Shown here piece after piece: positions 19,009 to 28,202 of a DNA stretch of 64,000 bases; position 1 is the stretch's first letter, and the number at the start of each line of letters is the position of its first letter. A program made the translations under genes and the position numbers. Source of the DNA: a phage; the sequence record PZ229304.1. One strand, given 5' to 3'. The notes beneath the pieces were generated by a model, which saw nothing but the letters and a program-made list of their open reading frames with translations, ran no database searches and was not told where the DNA came from.

Positions 19009-19332
19009 ATGCAAAAAATAAACACTGGTTCTCGTCCTAAACAGAAGCAAACAAAAGCAAGGGTATCTTATGTTGACAACTCTTGTTATAATTTCAAAAA
19101 TGTTAAAGAAGTTATCATTGATGAAAAAGAAGGTTTGATTCACATTTCATCTGAACGTTTGAAAGGTAGTGTTACTCTTCGTGAGAATGTATCTATACCT
19201 ATGAAAGTTGTGGCTACACTTTGTGTTGATAAACCAGATGTTGTTAACTACTATGTGTTCCGTGATAGTTGTATTTCATTACATAATAAGATTTTTAAAT
19301 CTTCGCACGTTAAAACAAAACACATTGTATAA
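19009..19332 (+). CDS. hypothetical protein
   Basis: ORF track; RBS AAGGAAAA. Confidence 0.5.
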   Translation: MQKINTGSRPKQKQTKARVSYVDNSCYNFKNVKEVIIDEKEGLIHISSERLKGSVTLRENVSIPMKVVATLCVDKPDVVNYYVFRDSCISLHNKIFKSSHVKTKHIV

Positions 19333-19337
19333 CACAT

Positions 19338-19362
19338 AAACCCGCTTCGGCGGGTTTTCTTG
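19338..19362 (+). terminator. rho-independent terminator AAACCCGC-ttcg-GCGGGTTT plus T-run
   Basis: GC hairpin with TTCG loop and T-run. Confidence 0.6.
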
Positions 19363-19406
19363 TATGTGTGTTTTTATTTATCTTAGCATAAACAATAGGA
19401 GGTATT

Positions 19407-19628
19407 ATGTCTGTAGTTGTAGAAGGTAGTATTGGTTTCTTAGTAGATAACCCTCACCCTTTCGTGGTTAAGGTTCATGTTCAAGAAAAGGTAAGCAACA
19501 ATACGTGGTTGTGCTTGTTAGATAGTAAGATACACTCTTATACAGAGGTTTATCTTCACACTTGGCAAATTGGTACGATAACAGCAGAGGATGAATTGAT
19601 AATTGAACTATATGAACGAGATTTATAG
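19407..19628 (+). CDS. hypothetical protein
   Basis: ORF track; RBS AGGAGGT. Confidence 0.5.
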   Translation: MSVVVEGSIGFLVDNPHPFVVKVHVQEKVSNNTWLCLLDSKIHSYTEVYLHTWQIGTITAEDELIIELYERDL

Positions 19629-19707
19629 ATGACTTTATTAGAGAGTATTGTAGTGTTAATCATCTTTATCATTGTTGTCATAGGATATTTTACAGAAGAC
19701 TAAAATA

Positions 19708-19738
19708 AAGCCCCTAGAATCGCTTCTAGGGGCTTTTG
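19708..19738. terminator. bidirectional terminator AAGCCCCTAGAA-tcgc-TTCTAGGGGCTT at the convergence of rightward and leftward units
   Basis: 12-bp stem flanked by A-run and T-run; sits at the strand switch. Confidence 0.6.
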
Positions 19739-19803
19739 TCTACATTAGGTAGGGAAACGTATTACTAAAATAAAAAGCGCGTTAGAATGCGTTACAGGAG
19801 GTT

Positions 19804-20061
19804 TTAGGAATGCATAAAATCTTCTTCAGGGCAGGTTGAGAGATAAGAGATGCATGTTGGGACAACAACAACATTGTCTTTAAGGTTTTCAACCAAGCCT
19901 TTTGTAATCCCAGCCACTGCCCCGTTAATATCTGCTTGACGGATACCAAAACCTTGTTGTGCGGATAGATAACAAAATCCTTCACCTTTCTGTTGATTGT
20001 TATTGAAGTAATAAACGTAGTGCATCATAAAATGGTCTTTAACGATTTGTTCTGTGGTCAT
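19804..20061 (-). CDS. hypothetical protein
   Basis: ORF track; RBS AGGAG seven nt upstream on the minus strand. Confidence 0.45.
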   Translation of the reverse strand: MTTEQIVKDHFMMHYVYYFNNNQQKGEGFCYLSAQQGFGIRQADINGAVAGITKGLVENLKDNVVVVPTCISYLSTCPEEDFMHS

Positions 20062-20081
20062 AATATTCTCCTATAAGAAAA

Positions 20082-20095
20082 GGGGCTTTCGCCCC
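20082..20095 (-). terminator. hairpin GGGGC-tttc-GCCCC (repeated terminator cassette, copy 1)
   Basis: Identical hairpin also at 31367-31380 and 44449-44462. Confidence 0.5.
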
Positions 20096-20104
20096 TTGGT
20101 CAAG

Positions 20105-20917
20105 TTACTTAGTCAAATGATCTTCTATCATTTTTATGAAAGCAGGATTGCTAAAAGCATCTGCTGCCTTTTCTCTATAAACAAAGACTCCTCTATCTTC
20201 GTAAAGAAGAGTTTCTTCGTAATTAATTCCTGGGTTAACAACAATCATTTTTGTACCCATAGTAAGTGCAGGGAATAATTCCCAATTAAAATTGATAACT
20301 TGGTTTGAACATCCTACTACAACAACCAAATCTTGCATGGTCAAAGTATCAAACAAGTGAGCCATATCTGCATACAAAGGTGCAGCCTCACCAAAAAATA
20401 CAACATTAGGCTTCACCCAGTTATAATCATCTATGTTTATACTATTGTAACCAATGTCTACCAGTGTTTTGTAATCTCCAGGATGCATACGGTAAACTAC
20501 TTCAGGAAGATATCCGTGCACGTGAATAACAGAATCCCTGTCTACACCTGCTCGCTCTAGTAGGTCATCAACGTTTGTTGTCAAGTTTACTACTTGGTTA
20601 GGATATTCCTTAAACCACTTTGCTATTTGAATATGTGCAGCATTAGGTTGTACATCTTTAAGCTCAACACGTCTTTTGTTATAAAATTCGTGTGTTTTGG
20701 CATACAAATCCATACCGTTTTCGTCTACACCACCAACCACTGGAAGATCTGGTGATGTTCTCACACGATAACCTGCTTGGAAAGCTCCAATATCGCAGAT
20801 CTCTTCTAAATCCCATTCTTCCCATAGGGCACGACCACTATCTGTGTCTGTTCGGAATGTTCGAATCCCACTGTCTGCACTTAAACCAGCTCCACTAACA
20901 AAAATTACTCTTCGCAT
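20105..20917 (-). CDS. Sir2-family (sirtuin-like) NAD-dependent enzyme, lacking the zinc-ribbon module
   Basis: GAGLSADSGIRTFR NAD-binding motif, TTNVDDL, catalytic HVHG, VVFFGE; no CxxC pairs. Confidence 0.7.
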   Translation of the reverse strand: MRRVIFVSGAGLSADSGIRTFRTDTDSGRALWEEWDLEEICDIGAFQAGYRVRTSPDLPVVGGVDENGMDLYAKTHEFYNKRRVELKDVQPNAAHIQIAKWFKEYPNQVVNLTTNVDDLLERAGVDRDSVIHVHGYLPEVVYRMHPGDYKTLVDIGYNSINIDDYNWVKPNVVFFGEAAPLYADMAHLFDTLTMQDLVVVVGCSNQVINFNWELFPALTMGTKMIVVNPGINYEETLLYEDRGVFVYREKAADAFSNPAFIKMIEDHLTK

Positions 20918-21459
20918 TCAATATCCTCTTCGTAATCATCATCCCAAGAAGATGCGTCGTAACGCTCTTCCTCTTCGAAATCCCAATTAATTTCTACTCC
21001 AAAATCTAAAAACAATTTAACAATGTTTTCTGTAGAGTAGTATTTATCATAAGCGTTAGCTAGTTCCCAATACTTGTCACTCAATTTTTTATATTTAGGA
21101 TCATTATAGTCATAATCTACTTTATAACCATAATCATACATCTCTTGTTCAGCTTTAAGCATAGCTTCTGGTGTAAGAAGATTAGGGAACGGACGATTTC
21201 TTTCTTTTAACTTAGAAACAATCCAGTTTGCAACATTTGCCACTTCACCATCTTGATTATCACCTAAACAACTTGCATAATCTCCATCTTCGTAAGTGCC
21301 TAAATCCCCACAGACTTCATGTACAATAGATGAATACGATCCACACGTTTCACAATCTGAAAAAGTGTCTACTGTTGTAATATCAATAGATAAAACTGGT
21401 AAAGCCATAGCTTCTTTCACACAAGCCTCCTCATATAATAACATATCATCAAAACCCAT
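20905..21459 (-). CDS. hypothetical protein with highly acidic C-terminal tail, translationally coupled to the Sir2-like gene
   Basis: ORF track, start moved to internal ATG with GGAGGA RBS; stop overlaps Sir2 start; C-terminal DDDYEEDIECEE. Confidence 0.45.
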   Translation of the reverse strand: MGFDDMLLYEEACVKEAMALPVLSIDITTVDTFSDCETCGSYSSIVHEVCGDLGTYEDGDYASCLGDNQDGEVANVANWIVSKLKERNRPFPNLLTPEAMLKAEQEMYDYGYKVDYDYNDPKYKKLSDKYWELANAYDKYYSTENIVKLFLDFGVEINWDFEEEERYDASSWDDDYEEDIECEE

Positions 21460-21477
21460 ATATCCTCCACACAAATA

Positions 21478-21505
21478 AAGCCCCTGATTGGGGCTTTGGT
21501 TAAGT
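21478..21505 (-). terminator. hairpin AAAGCCCC-tgatt-GGGGCTTT
   Basis: GC stem flanked by A/T runs. Confidence 0.5.
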
Positions 21506-21513
21506 TTTACGGA

Positions 21514-22122
21514 TTATACCAGACTTTTAAGGTACTTGTCAAGGGCTTCTTGATCACCTTGACAAACATAGCAACGGAAGTCTTGAGCAGAAGGTTCTTT
21601 GTCCTCGTCCCAATCCCAATAAACAGTACCTTTATAACGTGAGCCTGGGAACTCGAAATATGCTGTATGAGTAATATGATGTGGGCCACCCCAAAACTGT
21701 GTAAAAGTAAATTGAGGATACGCTGCTTTAACTGTATTTTCAAACCAAGTTTTACGATCTAATGCTTCGTTTATAAAATAAGCATGGCGTTCCATTTCAT
21801 CCCAGTCTTTCCAAACGCATTTTTCATCCAGAGAAAAAACAAAATCCTTGCTGTTGAATTCATCTGTATCTTCCAAAATATCATAATCATGTGCACTAGG
21901 TATCCACCATCCAGCTTCTAATAGTGCTTTCACGGGTACAAAACCTTTTTCAGCATATTGATCAAATTCTTTTACTCTACGTACAGTGCAGTATTCATCT
22001 TCACCACCAATGTCCAGTAGACAAGCACCTTTGCGTCTTGCTGCAAGACCATGTGTATCAAAAACTACAACACTACCTTCACCATCTTCACGATCTACTT
22101 GATATGCAACTTTTTGAGTCAT
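21514..22122 (-). CDS. hypothetical protein
   Basis: ORF track. Confidence 0.5.
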   Translation of the reverse strand: MTQKVAYQVDREDGEGSVVVFDTHGLAARRKGACLLDIGGEDEYCTVRRVKEFDQYAEKGFVPVKALLEAGWWIPSAHDYDILEDTDEFNSKDFVFSLDEKCVWKDWDEMERHAYFINEALDRKTWFENTVKAAYPQFTFTQFWGGPHHITHTAYFEFPGSRYKGTVYWDWDEDKEPSAQDFRCYVCQGDQEALDKYLKSLV

Positions 22123-22245
22123 ATTACCCCCAATGTATATGGGAAATTAACCAAAAGATAAATTCCCAAAAACACCAACCAAGAAAAGTTAATGGAATTA
22201 TAAAAGCTATCAGAGCAGTCTTCCAGCCTTTCCACAATGTTTCCA

Positions 22246-23235
22246 CTATTCCTCCATACATTTAAGAATATGTGCAATGACAGGTATAGTCCAACCGTTA
22301 CCTAACATCTTATATGCTTGTGTGTTACTACTCAGCTTAAAGTAGTCATCTGGCACACCTTGCAAGCGACAACACTCTTTAACCGTTAACTTTCTATAAT
22401 GTACGCCTTCACTCAATTTTTCAAAAGCATCTAGATATCTTCCAGGTGGAATGTAGGCTAATAGTACGTCTTTAGGCACAGTCGTGAGGCAACGAGTTTT
22501 TTCACTGTCCTGAACTTCCAAACAATGTACCAAACGATCAGTTTTAGATGTACTACGTTTGCCATTTTCATTAATTCTACGCCCATATATTGCTGCCGGA
22601 TAAAAAACCAGTTGTCTGCGACTCTTTTCAAAATACTGTTCTATATTACCACCTTTGGCATAATTTGCATCTATGCAATAAGCCTTATCTCTGTCTACAA
22701 TACTATCATCTTCAATGATATCTTGCAACACTTCATTGGTGATCTCCCAGGGTTTTATTTCCCAGTTGCACCAGTATAAACGTTGTCTATTCTGTGCCGT
22801 GAAATCTGCGGAGTTAATGAATACGGGATCAACACCTAAGTAACTTGTGATCACGTTTTCCCACTCCACTTTCATCTTAACGTTTTCAAGCATGAACTTA
22901 ACATTAGGATTAAACTTTTTAATATGTTCAAGAATTTCAACATATTCGAAGAATAGCTTAGATCGCGGATCTTGAAAGTTCAAACCCTTACCAGAAGAAG
23001 AGAAGCCTTGACACGGACTACCACCTAACAAAAGATCAATTTCTCCCCACGGGATATCCCATTCTCTCCATTTTGTAACATCACCTAACTGAATAATATC
23101 TGGAAAATTTGCTTGGCTTTCAGCTATGGCAAATTTGTCTAATTCTGAAGCATAATATGTATCTACTTCAATACCTGCACTTTTTAGCGCAAGCATTCCT
23201 CCTGACATACCATCAAAAAGACTTAAAACTTTCAT
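22246..23235 (-). CDS. dcm: DNA (cytosine-5)-methyltransferase
   Basis: Motif I FDGMSGG, motif IV GSPCQGFS, motif VI FMLENV, motif VIII QNRQR. Confidence 0.8.
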   Translation of the reverse strand: MKVLSLFDGMSGGMLALKSAGIEVDTYYASELDKFAIAESQANFPDIIQLGDVTKWREWDIPWGEIDLLLGGSPCQGFSSSGKGLNFQDPRSKLFFEYVEILEHIKKFNPNVKFMLENVKMKVEWENVITSYLGVDPVFINSADFTAQNRQRLYWCNWEIKPWEITNEVLQDIIEDDSIVDRDKAYCIDANYAKGGNIEQYFEKSRRQLVFYPAAIYGRRINENGKRSTSKTDRLVHCLEVQDSEKTRCLTTVPKDVLLAYIPPGRYLDAFEKLSEGVHYRKLTVKECCRLQGVPDDYFKLSSNTQAYKMLGNGWTIPVIAHILKCMEE

Positions 23236-23237
23236 TA

Positions 23238-23648
23238 TTACTTCTTCTCCTTAACACTAGCTGGTAACTCTACCTTGAGGCAGAAGTTTAAACGGTAAGC
23301 CTCATTCTCATTTAAAAGTACAGATTCACACGATAACCAGAACAAGAGATCCTCAATACTAGGGCTGTTAAGCCAACAGTGCAAAAGAGAATGTTGTTCT
23401 ATATCAATGTAATTTAGTAACAAGGCTTGTAAGGCGTAACTAGTTCCTGTCGTTTTTGCTTTTTCAAGGATGATATTGTGTTTACTAACAACTTTCTTCC
23501 TAAGACCAAACCATTTATTAACAACAACAGTCTCCTCTTGTAGTTGTTTTCTTATTTTCTCACATTCTTTAACTACAATCTGCATCTTATCCACTGCTGA
23601 TTGAAGCTGTTCTTTTGTTGGGTTTACAAAATAGTCACTATAGTACAT
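23238..23648 (-). CDS. hypothetical protein
   Basis: ORF track; coupled to downstream methyltransferase gene. Confidence 0.5.
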   Translation of the reverse strand: MYYSDYFVNPTKEQLQSAVDKMQIVVKECEKIRKQLQEETVVVNKWFGLRKKVVSKHNIILEKAKTTGTSYALQALLLNYIDIEQHSLLHCWLNSPSIEDLLFWLSCESVLLNENEAYRLNFCLKVELPASVKEKK

Positions 23649-23733
23649 GCTAATCTTCTCCTCTTCTGTTTTTCTGTAGTTTATTTGAAAAAACTGGTGT
23701 TGTCAACAAAAAACCCGCCGAAGCGGGTTTATA

Positions 23734-23991
23734 TTATTCTACAGGAACTTCTTCACCAAGAGAAACTTCTAAACGGAATGCTTTACTTTCAATACACTCA
23801 CTACCTTTTAGAAAATCAAATTGCACTATAGACTGACTTAATAGGATAGATAGAATCACATCGCAATCTTCACTGGGCGCTAGATGTTTGTATTCTTCCT
23901 TCAAGGTAACATCATAAAAACATAAATCCCCTACTCCTAGTTCATCCCATCCTTCCCACGCATCTACAAAGTTAAACTCTAAACCTTTCAT
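23734..23991 (-). CDS. hypothetical protein
   Basis: ORF track. Confidence 0.4.
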   Translation of the reverse strand: MKGLEFNFVDAWEGWDELGVGDLCFYDVTLKEEYKHLAPSEDCDVILSILLSQSIVQFDFLKGSECIESKAFRLEVSLGEEVPVE

Positions 23992-24512
23992 ACAACCTCC
24001 TCGTAATTGTTATTGTGTTTTACTGTCTCAACATACAATAAAGATTCCATCTGTAATACATTACCAGAAATAATAAACCCATAAGCCATTTCAGATGTGT
24101 CTATATCATATGCCCCGTCTTCCGGTTTAGCAAAGTGTAAAACTATTTCATCTGGGTTTTCTTCATCCCATAGTTTAGAAATTTTCCGAACCAGAATGTT
24201 AGCTAAAATAGTTGACATTCGGGATAAAGCTGTATCCTCATATCTTTTAAAACCTAGCCAATAGAGGTTAAGAATTTCTACTTCTTCTTGTGTTAAGTTT
24301 TTATCTAAAGTAATCAGATCTGTAGAGCACGGCGTTTTTGTTGAACCTACTGTTACAAAACCTGGAGTGTTATGAAAAACAATCTTAACTTTATCACGTA
24401 TAAAGTTTAAACCTTGTGCCTCAACTATATATTGTATTGTAGGTACAATATCGTTTGTTACATCAATAAAACTATCTTTAATGACGCTTATATTATTTCT
24501 GGACAAGACCAT
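23988..24512 (-). CDS. hypothetical protein
   Basis: ORF track. Confidence 0.5.
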   Translation of the reverse strand: MVLSRNNISVIKDSFIDVTNDIVPTIQYIVEAQGLNFIRDKVKIVFHNTPGFVTVGSTKTPCSTDLITLDKNLTQEEVEILNLYWLGFKRYEDTALSRMSTILANILVRKISKLWDEENPDEIVLHFAKPEDGAYDIDTSEMAYGFIISGNVLQMESLLYVETVKHNNNYEEVV

Positions 24513-25074
24513 TCTCCTCTAAAATAGGCTTAATAAATTCGAAAATTTGTTTTTTACTTTTACCTCTAATATTAAAACAAGGAACATTAAACTTTTTAGC
24601 CAACATCCAAGCTGTTCTTGTACCACCTAAAGGATCTCCATTTTTATCTGTATTTGCACAAGCTAAAAGAAAACAAGATGGTTTTGGATTCTCAAGATCC
24701 CTGCCAAGAACTTGGTGGATATTTCTTTGATGTAATTTTTTAGCACCTTGAGATAATCTGTCCCAAGCTGGATGCAATTCTTTTGCATATTGCAAGGTTA
24801 GAGCATAGTTTACACTATCTGGTCTGTCAAGAACAATAACCTCTCCCTCTATCTCATTACCTTTAAACGAAGGCCAAGGAATGTATATTTCTTTCTTTGT
24901 ATTGTTTCCACTATCATACACCCCGCATTCAAATGCGGAATCTGCACCTTCTGCTTTACCAGATCGTAAAATGAACCATGTAGATAACCATTTTGCAACA
25001 GCTACCATAGTGTCCCATTCTTCGTCTGTAATATCTCTGCTACCAACACCTGTGTAGAATAAATCGCTCATGGT
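24493..25074 (-). CDS. DprA/SLOG-like Rossmann-fold protein
   Basis: Start moved to MSDLF with AAGGAG RBS; GVGSRD...RSGKAEGADSAF resembles the DprA/Smf/LOG pattern. Confidence 0.45.
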   Translation of the reverse strand, partial: TMSDLFYTGVGSRDITDEEWDTMVAVAKWLSTWFILRSGKAEGADSAFECGVYDSGNNTKKEIYIPWPSFKGNEIEGEVIVLDRPDSVNYALTLQYAKELHPAWDRLSQGAKKLHQRNIHQVLGRDLENPKPSCFLLACANTDKNGDPLGGTRTAWMLAKKFNVPCFNIRGKSKKQIFEFIKPILEENGLVQK

Positions 25075-25081
25075 TTTCTCC

Positions 25082-25402
25082 TTAACAAGTAATATTTGGA
25101 ATAATACTGGGAGTAACAATTGGAGTAATAGGGTACGTAAACCAAGGGCTTCCAATTTCCCAAGGACTATAAGGTGTACGAGGATCAAATGGAGGCGTTA
25201 CTTGAGGCTTTTTCCAAATCTCCGCTAGTTGTTTCTTCCATTTATCCCTTGCTGTATCGTTATCTTCATCCAACTGTTCGTCATTATCTTTTATTTCTGA
25301 TTTTGGAAATAAAAGCTCTTTGACTAACTCAACGTCTTCCGTTTCAATAGTAGTTTCTTTCGTAATATTCCCTACCGTCTCTTTAATTGTGACTTTATAC
25401 AT
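25082..25402 (-). CDS. hypothetical protein
   Basis: ORF track. Confidence 0.4.
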   Translation of the reverse strand: MYKVTIKETVGNITKETTIETEDVELVKELLFPKSEIKDNDEQLDEDNDTARDKWKKQLAEIWKKPQVTPPFDPRTPYSPWEIGSPWFTYPITPIVTPSIIPNITC

Positions 25403-26148
25403 TAGTCCTCCTCTAAAGTAGAATAAAATTGTAACGTATTTGAATCATCAAAATATGCAAAGGTTAAATTACCATTGAAGCAAGATCCTGTGTCCATATA
25501 TACCCTATTACTGCTAATTACAGGTTTAGGAACATAAGAATGCCCGTGAAATACATAATCTACTCCTGAAACTCTAGGAAGAAGAATCCCTTCAAGGGCG
25601 CAATCTATCATATCACGATCCCACATTAAAGATTCTGTGAATCGAGATACTTGCTCTTTATTCATATTCAAACAAAATGGCAAAACTTCTGTCACTGGTA
25701 AATGTTCCAAAACTGAAGGATACCCACCGTGAATAAAGCCTAGTTTCATATCACGATAATTGACAACAAGTACAACAGGTAAATCTTCTAGCATCAAAGC
25801 AAGAGCAGTTGCACCCTCTTCTCCACACTCGTCTAGAACTGTATGGCCTCCGTTCTGAAACCAACATTCGTAATATCGTCTATCACCTTCTAGCAACCCT
25901 TTAATCATCATATCTTCATGATTTCCACGAATACCATAACGATTTAGCTTTCTGGTGAATTCAACAACACAACGAAAATTCTGCTTGCCGCGATCTGTAA
26001 GATCTCCTAAAGATACAACAACATCTTGATCTCGGATACCTAAAGTATTAACACCTTTCTGGTACAAATCAAAGCAACCATGTAAATCACCAATAATAAA
26101 TAGGTCTTGATCATCTTTTACACTAATTTCTTGATATACTAGCATCAA
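25402..26148 (-). CDS. PPP-family Ser/Thr protein phosphatase (lambda-phosphatase-like metallophosphoesterase)
   Basis: GDLHG, GDLTDRG, GNHE metallophosphatase motifs. Confidence 0.75.
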   Translation of the reverse strand: MMLVYQEISVKDDQDLFIIGDLHGCFDLYQKGVNTLGIRDQDVVVSLGDLTDRGKQNFRCVVEFTRKLNRYGIRGNHEDMMIKGLLEGDRRYYECWFQNGGHTVLDECGEEGATALALMLEDLPVVLVVNYRDMKLGFIHGGYPSVLEHLPVTEVLPFCLNMNKEQVSRFTESLMWDRDMIDCALEGILLPRVSGVDYVFHGHSYVPKPVISSNRVYMDTGSCFNGNLTFAYFDDSNTLQFYSTLEED

Positions 26149-26471
26149 CTCTCCTCAAAATCCATAAGTATAAAGATATTAACTTTACCTTCTATATTAT
26201 GTTCTACAACAAGATCTGCAAATTCTTTGTAGGCTTTTTCTTCTATTTGTTCAATGTGAGACGCTACATCTTTGTATATAGCGTCACCATCTACTTTAAC
26301 AAGGAGGAATAGAGATCTTACTTCAATCTCTTTATTTTTACGGGGTAGAAAATCGACGGCTTCTTGTATACGCCAGCCGAGATACCCTGGAGTCCTTTGA
26401 ATATCCTCCAAATGACTTTCTAAGATTTCCCTTCCTTTGTCTATTAAAGCCTGTTCTGTCGTTATTTTCAT
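26145..26471 (-). CDS. hypothetical protein
   Basis: ORF track. Confidence 0.45.
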   Translation of the reverse strand: MKITTEQALIDKGREILESHLEDIQRTPGYLGWRIQEAVDFLPRKNKEIEVRSLFLLVKVDGDAIYKDVASHIEQIEEKAYKEFADLVVEHNIEGKVNIFILMDFEES

Positions 26472-26481
26472 CCCCTTCTCC

Positions 26482-27054
26482 TTAATGTGTTAATGAAACT
26501 GCGTAGCTAAACACAGGTTCAGATATTACATCGGCTACAGTAATAAAAACGTCTTCGTCTTGAGTTGTTTCTACACGACATACAGTTACACCATTCACCA
26601 CGAATTCAACGCAATGTGGAATATCTTCACAAACGAAGGTAGTGTAAGTAACACCCAAAGCATCATACAAAGATTTAACAGTGTTTGCAAGTGCCGCAGT
26701 TTCTTCTTTTTCTGAGACAATGAATGCTGTAACAACAAGATTGTTTGCATAGTTTAGACTGTCCTCTATAGCCAATGATTTACAAGGTAGTAATGCAAAA
26801 TATTTACCTGGTTTAATCAGACCTGCTTCCCATTGATTCAAAATTGCTTGGGATGGTTTAGTAATATAAAACAGATTTTCACTTGGGTTATCAATATTAC
26901 TTCTGGCGATACAACGTGAAGGATTATTAATATCAAACACATGATCAAAATCTACACAAACTGGTAAACTGAAAGGTGTGAATTTTTTACCTAATAATCC
27001 TACTGCTGACAATATGTTTACTGTGCTTATCTTCCCGTTAAAAGCTAAACGCAT
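26482..27054 (-). CDS. hypothetical protein
   Basis: ORF track. Confidence 0.5.
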   Translation of the reverse strand: MRLAFNGKISTVNILSAVGLLGKKFTPFSLPVCVDFDHVFDINNPSRCIARSNIDNPSENLFYITKPSQAILNQWEAGLIKPGKYFALLPCKSLAIEDSLNYANNLVVTAFIVSEKEETAALANTVKSLYDALGVTYTTFVCEDIPHCVEFVVNGVTVCRVETTQDEDVFITVADVISEPVFSYAVSLTH

Positions 27055-27065
27055 ATTTAACTCCT

Positions 27066-27269
27066 TTAACTAGCAACCGTAACTTCCGAACTTTCTTCTT
27101 TCGTACTGTCTACGATATGCCTGGTGGCAATATACGAGACTTGCCAGTTACCATCTGGTGTAGTCTCAATAAGTACCCTATCTACTTCGAGAAAATGCAA
27201 AAATTCAACCATCGCTCGCTTCGATAGGAATTGTTTTTTAACAGTCTCCTCAAAAGATTGAACTGCCAT
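27066..27269 (-). CDS. hypothetical protein
   Basis: ORF track. Confidence 0.4.
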   Translation of the reverse strand: MAVQSFEETVKKQFLSKRAMVEFLHFLEVDRVLIETTPDGNWQVSYIATRHIVDSTKEESSEVTVAS

Positions 27270-27278
27270 GTTTCCTCC

Positions 27279-27941
27279 TTATTTAATATTCAATTTTGCA
27301 CAAAGACGTTGTACCGCTTTGGCATCGAACAAACTCCCACGAATAGTTCTCTTTCCTGATTCATTCAGATGCTTTGCAATCGTCATATATGGCGTTTTAC
27401 AAGCTCTGTATGCAACTAAAGAATCTTTTAAAGAAAGCGCAAACTCTTTTGAGCGTTTTGCTTCTTCCGTTTTCGTATAATCTGTTCTTTTGTATTTAGG
27501 GTTTGCTGCACCAAGAAGCGTTCCCTTCGCTTTTGCTACCTTAAGGCTCTTCTTAACACGATCAGATATTGCACGAGCCTCTTCTTCTGCCAGAACTGCT
27601 AAAATATTTATTATCATATTTTCAGCGGAGGGCATAGTTGCTATTCGTACATTAATCATCTCTAACAAGGTTGCAACAGAAGCTGTGTTACGTCCAAGAC
27701 GGTCAACCTTAGCAACAACAAGTGTAGCACCTGTTTCTTTGCAAAGATTAACAGCTTTTACAAGCTCTCTACGTTGCTTCCAATCGCCTTTACCAGAATA
27801 AAACTCTGCAAAGCTACCTACAATAGTATAATTTTCTTGTGAATCCAGGAAGCGTTGAATATCTGCTTCCTGTGATTCTATACCATACTGGTTGCCTTGT
27901 TGTTTCTTCTTAGAAAGTCGATGATATAGTACAAACTTCAT
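27279..27941 (-). CDS. serine recombinase (resolvase/invertase family)
   Basis: YHRLSKKKQ catalytic-serine motif, VAKVDRLGRN, ILAVLAEEEARAISDRV; resolvase-like catalytic domain plus C-terminal extension. Confidence 0.7.
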   Translation of the reverse strand: MKFVLYHRLSKKKQQGNQYGIESQEADIQRFLDSQENYTIVGSFAEFYSGKGDWKQRRELVKAVNLCKETGATLVVAKVDRLGRNTASVATLLEMINVRIATMPSAENMIINILAVLAEEEARAISDRVKKSLKVAKAKGTLLGAANPKYKRTDYTKTEEAKRSKEFALSLKDSLVAYRACKTPYMTIAKHLNESGKRTIRGSLFDAKAVQRLCAKLNIK

Positions 27942-27998
27942 AATACCCTCCTGTTCTGTTACAGGAAGTATGCACTACCTTAATGTTAAAGTCAACAG

Positions 27999-28202
27999 TT
28001 AAGTAGTGGTAATATCATCCTCTTGAATACCAGGGTCAACTTCTGCAAAGATAGCCTCTACAGGAATTTCTTCACCTGCTATTCTAGAAAGAAGCACTGA
28101 ACCAATAGCTTTTGCGTGTTCTTCGGATTCCGCATAAACATTAGTTCCTGTGTCTTTTTTCTTAGTTTCGTTAAAATATACCAGATAGTAATTGTATGCC
28201 AT
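27999..28202 (-). CDS. hypothetical protein
   Basis: ORF track. Confidence 0.4.
   Translation of the reverse strand: MAYNYYLVYFNETKKKDTGTNVYAESEEHAKAIGSVLLSRIAGEEIPVEAIFAEVDPGIQEDDITTT

Noticed and set aside
20105-20917. Sir2 gene as part of a host bacterial defence island (Thoeris, DSR, SIR2-HerA)
   Set aside because: It is a short stand-alone Sir2 with no TIR, HerA, pAgo or other partner domain and sits inside a phage transcription unit; interpreted as a phage gene
27279-27941. Prophage integrase / temperate lifestyle module
   Set aside because: The only recombinase is a small serine recombinase with no repressor, attachment site or excisionase context; the surrounding content (lysozyme, nrdAB, tRNA array, early-gene cassettes) indicates a virulent T4-like phage
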